From Antedon mediterranea (taxonomy: Eukaryota > Animalia > Echinodermata): a DNA stretch of 64,000 nt. This document shows, piece by piece, positions 54,801 through 64,000 of the stretch. The notes below the pieces were generated by a model. The model made no database searches. It was not told the DNA's origin and was given only the letters and a program-made list of their open reading frames with translations. The stretch is from contig NC_092673.1 of the NCBI RefSeq assembly GCF_964355755.1, positions 22,069,648 to 22,133,647 of the forward strand, written 5' to 3'. Each line of letters begins with the position of its first letter. Position 1 is the first letter of the stretch. Made by a program: the position numbers and the translations under genes.

Positions 54801-57800
54801 TGAAGATCAATTGTCACTTAAAGACCAATTGTCACATAAAGACCTATTGTCACATAAAGACCAATTGTCACATAAAGACCAATTATCTCATAAAGACCAA
54901 TTGTCACATAAAGTCCAATTGTCACATAAAGTCCAATTGTCACATAAAGACCGATTGTCACATAAATGACAATTGTCACATACAGTCCAATTGTCACATA
55001 AAGACCAATTGTCACATAAAGACCAATTGTCACATAAATACCAATTGTCACATGAAGATCAATTGTCACTTAAAGACCAATTGTCACATAAAGACCTATT
55101 GTCACATAAAGACCAATTGTCAAATAGAGACCAATTATCTCATAAAGACCAATTGTCACATAAAGTCCAATTGTCACAAAATGCCAATTGTCACATAAAG
55201 ACCGATTGTCACATACAGTCCAATTGTCACATAAAGACCAATTGTCACATAAAGACCAATTGTCACATAAATACCAATTGTCACATGAAGATCAATTGTC
55301 ACTTAAAGACCAATTGTCACATAAAGACCTATTGTCACATAAAGACCAATTGTCAAATAGAGACCAATTATCTCATAAAGTCCATTTGTCACATAAAGAC
55401 CAATTGTCACACAAAGACCAATTGTCACATAAAGTCCAATTGTCACATAAAGTCCAATTATCACATAAAGTCCAATTATTGTCACATTAAAACCAATTGT
55501 CACGGAAAGGATCAACGCAAGCGTCAAGTTGACACATAAAGACCAATTGTCACATAAAGTCCAATTGTCACATAAAGTCCAATTGTCACATTAAAACATA
55601 TTGTCACATTAAAACCAATTGTCACGGAAAGGACCAACGCAAGCGTCAAGTTGACACATAAAGACCAATTGTCACATAAAGACCAATTGTCACATAAAGT
55701 CCAATTGTCACATGAAGATCAATTGTCACTTAAAGACCAATTGTCACATAAAGACCTATTGTCACATAAAGACCAATTGTCAAATAGAGACCAATTATCT
55801 CATAAAGTCCATTTGTCACATAAAGACCAATTATCCCATAAAGTCCAATTGTCACATAAAGACCAATTGTCACATAAAGTCCAATTGTCACATAAAGATC
55901 AATTGTCACATAAAGTCCAATTGTCACATAAAGTTCAATTGTCACATTACAAGTCTTTGTTTTAATAAAACAACACATCTACTGTTAGTAGAACTACCGG
56001 TGGTATGCACGGGAAACCTAAACAAGACAAAATATACGACGAATATAATAAACATATAATATACCATATGGGCGGCTGTTTGGCCCAAACTAATTAATAA
56101 ATGCCAGTGAAAGATTGTCATATACACGATACAAAAAGGGCAAGCGCAAATGCGGAAAGGACAAGCGCAAACGCGGAAAGGAGGACAAAATTAAACGCGG
56201 AAAGGAGAAATGCAAACGTGGAAAGGACCAACGCAAACACGAAAAGGACCAACGCAAGCGTCAAATTGACACATAAAAACCAATTGTCACATAAAGACCA
56301 ATTGTCCCATAAAGTCCAATTGTCACATAAAGACCAATTGTCACACAAAGACCAATTGTCACATAAAGTCCAATTGTCACATAAAGATCAATTGCCACAT
56401 AAAGTCCAATTGTCACATAAAGTCCAATTGTCACATTAAAACCAATTGTCACGGAAAGACCAATATTCACATAAACACCAATTGTCACATCTATATATAA
56501 ATTATGGTTAATTCTGACATAGGCGAGCACAATGCAAAAACTTCGGTACAAATCTCCGCCTTGGATACCTACCTTATCTATCCGAGATGTACCGCGAAAC
56601 GTAGATTTGATAACATTAGTGTGCACGCCGACGCTATTGTTCCATATTTATATCTTAGGAAGATATTATAAAGAGTTTTTTAACATAATTTATGATTTCA
56701 ACATTAGATTTTCCTCTCAATTTCAATTCTTCCCGGTCAAAGTAATTTCCGGGTTTAAGATAAGTTCACCTTGCAACGACCTGGTTTCAAATATTTTCTC
56801 TCTTTTAAACACAAGGGAGCAGTTAAAATAATAGATTTGACCCTGAAGGTGACTGGAAACAGGCACTTTCCATCAATCAATACAGTGTCCCTTTGGAAGA
56901 CGAAAAAAAAATCAGATAGTAGGAGTCATAGCCATTTCAGTTTTTTGTTTATTTTAAAACATACCACGCGTGTGTGAAGGTACAGTAGTTAAATTATACT
57001 GCAAATTAATAAAGATCAACTTAAATATACGTCATAAAGAATCAGAATATATTGTGGGGAATAGTATTATAAAATTACATAGGGAGATTTGATGATAAAA
57101 CATTTTTCGAGTGAAATCCCGATAGCTGAGTTTTATTGAGTAAGCTTGCAGGAATAACTGTAGGCTATCTTCCTGTGTCCCGTTAGGACCGAGATGTCTG
57201 CCCATGTTGCAAGCCGTAATGTCTTCTTTCTTGGGCCCACTCTGTTACGGCAGTTTCAAAAGATGATTAAATTAAATAATGTATTAATAATTATTAGGAT
57301 GGTATTCATTTGAATAAACGCCTCTCCAATAAAACATCACTTTGAATAATAACCCCCCCCCCCCCCAACCCAACTATCCAATAAACGTCCATCCACATAT
57401 TTATAATAACACAATTATACTATTTGTAGTAGAATTCACCGCACTGTTATCTACAAAATTTACCAAGCATTTGTTATTCTTTTTTACCACTTTTCATATC
57501 TACTGTATTAGAGGATTTCATTTGATTATAAATGTTACCATATTATTAAAACTAAAAAATTTAACATACAGTATATCCCTCGAATAAGCACCTCCCTCAA
57601 ATGACCTCCGCCTCCCCAAAGGGCCCTACCAAACAATAAAAACTATACTTTAAAATGTTATTAATCATCTAAAACACTGTGAAACAAAGTAGTTTAGTTT
57701 TACGAATGTCAAGCATTTTCAATAATGGTAACCGACAGAAAATGTATAAGGAGAACATTATCATTCCGAGAACCATCGTCTACACTTCCTAGAGGGGGAG

Positions 57801-60800
57801 CGAGCGAAGCGAGCTCACCCTCTAGTAAACACTAATTGTGACATAAAGACCAATTGTCACATAAAGTCCAATTGTCACATAAAGACCAATTGTCACATAA
57901 AGTCCAATTGTCACATTAAAACCAATTGTCACATTAAAACCAATTGTCACAGAAAGACCAATATTCACATAAACACCAATTGTCACATAAAGATCAATTG
58001 TCACATAAAGACCATTTGTCACATAAAGTCTAATTGACACATAAAGACCAATTGTCACATAGAGACCAATTGTCACATAAAGACCAATTGTCACATAAAG
58101 ACCAATTGTCACATAGAGAGCAATTGTCACATAGAGACCAATATTCACATAAACACCAATTGTCATATAAAGACCAATTGTCACATAAACACCAATTGTC
58201 ACATAAAGACCAATTGTCACATAGAGACCAATTGTCACATAAACACCAATTGTCACATAAAGACCAATTGTCACATAGAGACCAATTGTCACATAGAGAC
58301 CAATATTCACATAAACACCAATTGTCACATAAAGACCAATTGTCACATAAACACCAATTGTCACATAAAGACCAATTGTCACATAGAGACCAATTGACAT
58401 TGTAATGATTTTTTAACCTGCTTTTTGAGCGATTAAGCCACGAAATTATGAAAAATTGAAATATAAACATTATATTACTGTACTTACAAGTCTTTGTTTT
58501 CATAAAATGACACATCTACTGTTAGTAGAACTACCGGTGGTATGCACGGGAAACCTAAACAAGACAAAATATACGACGAATATAATAAACATATAATATA
58601 CCATTTGGGCGGCTGTTGGGCCCAAACTAATTAATAAATGCCAGTGAAAGATTGCCATATACACGATACAAAAAGGGCAAGCGCAAATGCGGAAAGGGCA
58701 AGCGCAAACGCGGAAAGGAGGACAAAATAAAACGCGGAAAGGAGAAATGCAAACATGAAAAGGACCAACGCAAACACGGAAAGGACCAACGCAAACACGG
58801 AAAGGACCAACGCAAACACGGAAAGGACAAACGCAAGCGCGGAAAGGACAAACGTCGTAAGCGTGGAACCAATCACAACGAAGTGTAAGATCAATCAATC
58901 TTATGATTCTTTATTTTTAATTGACCAAATTTCAAAGACTTACCCCAAGCGAAAATCAAAGAAAACCACAACAACTTTGAGGTATTAGCGTTGAAAACTT
59001 TAACAAATAACAAGTACATATTGACCGCTTCTATGGATGTCCATGCGACAGACGTCAACAGAAAGTAATGTAACAATACAGCTATTGTTGTACAAGCTAC
59101 AGTTCCTGGAGTTGCAATATCAATGCCACATATGAATGTGATGTACAGACAAGTTAGTGAGATGGAAAGGTTTAACAGTATTTTCTGGGGTTGACGTTTG
59201 CGAAGAGTTCTGTTGAAAAAAGTATATTTATTGTGAAATAAATTTCCAAGAATACATGTCTTAATGTGCATTAGGACATTCAACTTATTTCATCTGTTTC
59301 AAGCAGATTGTTGTCATTATATCGTCATAATTTACCCAGGCTTCTTTCATATCACGCCCGGATTCGGTTCTGCGCCCTGAATCATCGCACGTACGATGTG
59401 AATGCATCTTAACGTTCGTGTTGTATATTGTAATTTTGATGAACGGTGTGCTGTAACTTACTTTAAGGATATGCTAACAACTATTGTCACCAGTAGGCAC
59501 AATATCGATAGTCCACAACCTACATACGTCACTATGTTCAAAAACAATTCGAAACCTTTCGACACTTTGTTATGAAACTGAAAAATTAAGAAAGCATTTT
59601 GAAAAATGAAAGTGCTTTTATATATAAAACGATAAAAACATTTTTCATTTGAATGCTTTTATTAATTTTATTGGTTGTACAAGGTAATTGAAGACCGGAT
59701 TAAGAAATACAACAATAAGAGTGGAACGTACAAACAAAACAGCAAAATTTGTAAGATGTGTACAGTTACATGTAATACTGCCCTCAGTGTCCATATAAAC
59801 ACGCGTACATCCCTTTTCTGACCAATCACCAAATCCATTAAGAGTTGTGTTCCAAAACACACAAGTAGCATTTTGATTTACATAAGCCTGCTGCTCCAAT
59901 AAAAAATAACAAAATAAATGTCATAATTTTATTTGTAAATTGTGACCCAGGTCTTTATGTGAATACAGTTGTTTAATTACACCATAGATTAAAAAAAAAT
60001 AATGGTCGATTTTTACGTCTGTTTTCCATTTGTTGAATTTATTCGCGCGAACGCAATGTCTCGCAGAGAAAAAAATCCGTCGCTTATCTTCTGAGCTTTT
60101 CGATTCACATGAGTGCTCATGAACGACGTCATGACTTTCCTGAGCTCTGATTGTTTGCGCATATTTTTCGCTTCGCAATAAGTAGAAAGAATTCGAACTC
60201 AAAACTCAAGAACTAGAATTCGTCGCAGAAATTGGAATTTGGAGGATGGAAACACGAATACGCATGCGTAAGCTGACGCTTTCGATTCGCGCGAACAAAT
60301 TCGCCTAGTGGAGAACAGGGGAATTTGTTCGCGCGAATCAAATAATTTAGGCGCTATGTCGACAAAGACGAACCAGGCGTAATAAGCAACTTCGATAACT
60401 CCAGAGGTGCCATATTTAAAGGTCAATCGGGGCAAAAAGTTCCATCTAGCGCGCCCTCTGGAGTTATCGAAGTCGCTTATAATGTTTTGTTGAATCGAAA
60501 GCGTCAGCTTATACGCATGCGTATAAGCTGACTGTTTCGATTCGCCAAGTGGAAAAGTCGCGTATAATCGCCTTACGTCGATTCAAAAAGTAACTATATA
60601 AGCTGTGGCTTATTGTAATGAATATTTAGTTTTCTGAAAAGACAGTATACCTTATTAAAGACAATTTTAACTGGTTCTTCAAACACAATTGGAAGGCCGT
60701 CGTCATACACAGTGGCTGATAGAATAACACTCGATAATTTGAGATTTTGGTAACTCGACGACTGGAACAATTTTGAATTGTAATATGATGTAAAACTCAC

Positions 60801-62599
60801 ATTGGACCAAGCAATATCTGTTTAAAAAATTAACGTGAAGCAATTATCACACAATGTTATTAATATGTTATTAATTATTATTTAATATAGGATATGCCTG
60901 TAATATCATGTAGAATTATTACTACTGTTACTATCGTAATTATTACATCAGAAGTAAAAAAGAATATTTTAAAGCGACATCAAAAGAGAGCGGCTCGAAT
61001 TGTTACACAAAAATTTGATTTTATTAAGAGGTGATGGCTAACTTTTTGAAGAGAGAAGAGATCTATCCCTAGCTACTAGTCTAATGTATAAATGTGTTCA
61101 CGGCCTTGCGCTAATGAGATTATTAAACGAAATTAGCTGATTCGCGTTATTCATACTCACTTCACACGTGGAGTAGAACGCCTAAATATAACAATACCCT
61201 ACTATACCCTTAGTAAGATGAACTCGTCGTTCAAAATTGCAGGCGCAAAAATATAGAATAACCTACCAACTGAAATTAAATATTCTCCAACAATTGCTTC
61301 ATTCAAATCTAGATGGAGATCTCTTTTTTCTTTTCACAAAAATAATTTTTTTTCCCTGAATTTGTTTGTATTCAAGACAGGATCACAAGGCAAAACAGGT
61401 TTTCTTTTACCTGATTGTGTAATCCTGTATATGATGTTGTTAAATAATTAAATAAATAAATCAATTAAAGCAGTAAATAAACGACTGACTATAATTATAC
61501 AATGGTACAACTGAGTAATGCAATGTGGGCCTACATACCGTTTGTAACCAGATCACGTGGTAATGTGATAGACTGGTGATAACTCCTACAACGACCATCA
61601 ACACAAACCTCAGTCACTTTCTTATCTTCTTCCACCAGGAATACAACATCATGTCTAAGATTATCAGAGTCAAAACTTAAAGTCTGCACAGACAGCGTTT
61701 CTTCATTTTGAGTATAATTCTGGCCATCAGAGGCTGCCGTACTAATTTGCTGCTCCAAAGACTTAAGGATGGCAGAGGTTGTCTCAAGAGGGAGATCAGT
61801 GTCTGATGAATCAGATGAGAGCACTGCATCTACAGTACCAACTACTGCACCAGTCACCTGTAAGAATAATAACACTGTGTTACCAGTTCTCAATGCTCTA
61901 AATGCTTTAGATCGAAATATTAAAAGTTATTTTGTATAGATGCGCTCATTTGGTTAATTTATAGATGGCGATTCGGCTTTAATGTTTGTAAAAAGAGAAT
62001 ATTGGTGACAAACGTGGCCCGTCACACATATGCTCTAGTTTCAAACAAAAATCAAGTGGTCCTTGTAAAGCTTGTTTTCTCCACTTTACATTCTTCTTTA
62101 TTCACCAATAGCAAAAGCAATTTGGAGCAAAAAAAAATAGCTTTCGCTAGTCGAAGGTTTGCCTCATACTAACAAATACATTTACTTCGAAGAATAACAC
62201 TGAAATAGCAAAAGCAATACATATCAATGAAATTAACATATAGTAATAAAGGACATAAACAAAACAACAACAAAAAACCAAGAGATGGGCCGACATAAAT
62301 CAGTATCTTGGACGCAACTCGACGACGTAGCTGCAACGCAGGTGAGTTGACCAATCACAAACGATCTATCGCATCGTGATCGGCCAAATGAAGTTTGGTT
62401 CCAACAGTAGGCAATGCAAAGCCGCTATTGATGTATTTATTCTTTTTCTTACATTTTCGTTTGTTGATTCGATATCAGTTATTGTTTCCAATGCTTCTGA
62501 TACTTCTTGTACATTATCAAGCTCAAGGTCACCACCTGTTTCCTCTACTATTTTCTCAAGCTCAATAGCAACCTCTTCTACATTCTCTTCATCAACGCT
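48803..62599 (-). CDS. Adhesion G-protein-coupled receptor (GAIN/GPS + secretin-like 7TM); 5' part presumably lies beyond the window
   Basis: Exons 62453-62599, 61539-61857, 60651-60817, 59732-59887 (GPS: CVFWN...DWSEKGC...CNCTHL/TNFAVL), 59462-59577 (TM1), 58944-59209 (TM2-4, LLHYFLLTSVAWTSIEAVNMY), 58488-58554, 48803-49328 (TM5-7, LLGLTWVLG, FNSFQG). GT-AG, phases consistent, 1764 nt open. Confidence 0.9.
49476..50303 (+). CDS. Tx1 ORF1 (gag-like zinc-knuckle protein), N-terminally truncated
   Basis: CSRCLKIGHNASKC and CMACGLEGHRKDEC (CX2CX4HX4C); acidic/basic C-terminal tail. Confidence 0.8.
   Translation: MITTGLNIKGRNIQIYDKNPYLQYDIDSIRVTVKDLPLSVADDEIRKSLIRFNVKIKGDIQRMKLRVDGQLTSCLNGDRMFYVDKLQAPLPRFLSINDFKVRLFHNGQTDERIKCSRCLKIGHNASKCSNNIVCMACGLEGHRKDECSAEKLLLNDSGEQLIQDMWERVIVKNNTKDANTHENKEIINEEVSSSEESTGSEEEDKEESERHELQEKQGKITDFLKQASTSEKKVKGKVINTNEQKDDEENISPTLPGSKRRRKSGKSKKQVTIEK
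50412..54133 (+). CDS. Tx1 ORF2: APE endonuclease + reverse transcriptase + C-terminal Cys/His finger; one frameshift near 50620
   Basis: SLNIRGL, LLQETH, NVYAPN, GGDINC, RLDY, TDH (endonuclease); KAPGCDG, WRPITLLNTDYK, DFSKAFDSV, GIRQGCPLS, LADD (RT); CDLC...H...C. Confidence 0.9.
55948..56262 (-). pseudogene. Dead duplicate of the aGPCR TM4 exon (55951-56017) plus flanking intron, embedded in the minisatellite
   Basis: Near-identical to 58485-58840. GAA>TAA stop at 55962-55964; donor changed from gtaagt to gtaatg. Confidence 0.85.
56490..57825 (+). mobile_element. Non-autonomous Helitron, 1336 bp, inserted at an A|T site in the minisatellite
   Basis: 5' TCTATATATAA after A56489; 3' hairpin ctagagggggagc...gctcaccctctag ending CTAG before T57826; no TSD. 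Removing it restores a repeat unit (ttgtcaca|taaacactaa). Confidence 0.85.
58670..58860. repeat. ~21-bp tandem repeat (cggaaaggaccaacgcaaaca); also at 56135-56262
   Basis: Direct reading; it gives rise to the spurious KDQRKHG/TERTNAN ORFs. Confidence 0.8.
61150..61460 (+). mobile_element. Decayed L2/CR1-type LINE 3' end
   Basis: RT-tail-like translation (SSFKIAGAK..NNLPTEIK) followed by a hairpin and an aataaataaa tail. Confidence 0.45.
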
Positions 62600-62779
62600 C
62601 TAATAGTTATTAAAATGATAATACTAGTTTTAAAAATACAAAAATTTCCCCAAAAGGGCACCTTAGAGTAGAGATGAGATGTGTCGCTTAAACTCTGTCC
62701 ACACTATCAATGTGATAAAAAAATGTGACAAGGGGGGACATGATGACGTCATATCGTTTCGTTTATTATCCACTCATTT

Positions 62780-62945
62780 CAATCAATCAATCAATCAATC
62801 GTTCGATTTATATAGCGCCATTCCAACAGTCATTGCTCATGGCGCTGCCAAAAATATCAGAAATTGTGAGTTTTTAGTACTGACTTAAAGGTGCTTAATG
62901 ATGATGTTTGTTTAATGTTCATAGGTAGGTGGTTCCAGAAATGAA
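62780..62945 (-). mobile_element. L2-type LINE/SINE 3' end with (TTGA)n tail
   Basis: The minus strand reads ...tggaaccacctacc...agcgcc...ggcgctatataaat...(gatt)n. Confidence 0.5.
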
Positions 62946-63256
62946 TTTAAACAAACCTACGTCTCACTACCATATTTGAGTATGCACTACAATATTTGGT
63001 CAATCTATTTTTATTTTATTTTTTATGAGTATTGTTGGATGAGTGTTCTGTGAGGTTTTTAATGTTTCATGTGACCTCTAACCTCATGAAAGATCGTTAA
63101 AAAATGAAAAGTCGATAATCCTACCTTGGTGAGATTTCTTATTTTCGTAGTTAGATTAGTTTCTATAATTAATAATAAAACAAAATATATGACTTTTAAA
63201 AGTTATTAATACTATTACTTATTTATTGGCATGAGTGATAAATTAATTTTATTAAA

Positions 63257-64000
63257 TAAATGGATTTAGGATTTTCTTTTAAATAGAAAACAAAGAGTTA
63301 TCTATAGAGGTGAAATATCGCATTGGAAGAATGAAATATCAGGGGTACCCCAGGGGTCAGTTCTTGGCCCTCTTTTGTTTCTATTGTATGTGAGTGATCT
63401 TGAATATGGTATAGAATCTTCAATTTGCAGATGACAATACCATTTCTAGATTATGTTTGTAGTAAGGCAAGCAAACTTCTTGGTTTTGTTTCAATATGTA
63501 GTAAAGCAATGTCTTGGATGACAATGCTAAATCTTTACAAAGCACTAATATTACCTGTTATGACTTACTGTTGTTGTATGTGGGAACCCACTGAAATATC
63601 TCATATGTATAGACTTGAAAGGGTTCAGAGAAAGGCCACTAGAATAATTATGTACAGAAAAGACATGGGACATTTCCTATTTATATAGGTTAAAGACCCT
63701 AAATCTAAATGGATTTAGGATTTTCTTTTAAATAGAAAACAAAGAGTTATCTATAGAGGTGAAATATCGCATTGGAAGAATGAAATATCAGGGGTACCCC
63801 AGGGGTCAGTTCTTGGCCCTCTTTTGTTTCTATTGTATGTGAGTGATCTTGAATATGGTATAGAATCTTCAATTTGCAGATGACAATACCATTTCAAGAC
63901 CTATTCATGAATTAGAAGACTGTACAGAGTGATTTAAATAAGATTTATGAATCAGTCAGTTTTAAATAAACTACCATTAAATGCATCAAAATGTGCAGCA
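63257..64000 (+). mobile_element. Rearranged CR1-type RT fragments with a ~190-bp internal direct duplication
   Basis: GVPQGSVLGPLLFLLYV motif; LERVQRKATRII; 63257-63446 is repeated at 63706-63895. Confidence 0.75.

Larger units (their letters stand above)
49394..58402. repeat. 18-bp minisatellite array (consensus ccaattgtcacataaaga) in four segments: 49394-49475, 54496-55948, ~56262-56489, 57826-58402
   Basis: Direct reading; the segments are separated by a Tx1 LINE, a duplicated exon block and a Helitron. A 252-bp higher-order repeat is present in 54496-55200. Confidence 0.95.

Noticed and set aside
54496-58402. CRISPR-like array
   Set aside because: The units are head-to-tail with no unique spacers, there are no cas genes, and the context is a eukaryotic intron.
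54464-58515. Repetitive ORFs (LSHKDQ, NCHIKT, VTIGLY, CDNWSL) suggesting His/Cys-rich proteins
   Set aside because: They are translations of an 18-bp intronic minisatellite that is open in several frames on both strands.
58500-58988. Basic or Cys-rich ORFs (KDQRKHG, PFRVCVG)
   Set aside because: Translations of a 21-bp intronic tandem repeat.

Overview
AT-rich, intron-containing animal DNA. The gene content (HYR repeats, expanded adhesion GPCRs, cGAS-like receptors) suggests a marine invertebrate, possibly an echinoderm; this is inference. Spliced models were built by eye from GT-AG sites with consistent intron phases. From left to right: (1) an orphan ORF at 2746-3285 (-); (2) an intact 12-exon TTC28-like TPR+CHAT gene at 6356-21800 (-), ~1534 aa; (3) a tandem duplication carrying two cGAS-like receptor (Mab21/cGLR) genes, one intact (29635-31719) and one frameshifted with a CR1 LINE inserted upstream (24817-26906); (4) head-to-head with the intact cGLR, a type I membrane gene at 32604-36409 (+) with signal peptide, 5 HYR domains, TM and Tyr-rich tail, frameshifted in one skippable exon; (5) a broken mucin-stalk/GAIN adhesion-GPCR paralog at 37365-40350 (-); (6) the 3' part of an intact adhesion GPCR at 48803-62599 (-). 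The last intron of that GPCR holds an 18-bp minisatellite array with a 5-kb Tx1/L1 retrotransposon (12-bp TSD), a 1.3-kb non-autonomous Helitron and a dead duplicated exon. MITEs, LINE fragments and tiny P-element-like footprints fill the rest. The best candidate novel systems are the duplicated, diversifying cGLR/HYR-receptor head-to-head module and a possibly minisatellite-targeting Tx1 element.
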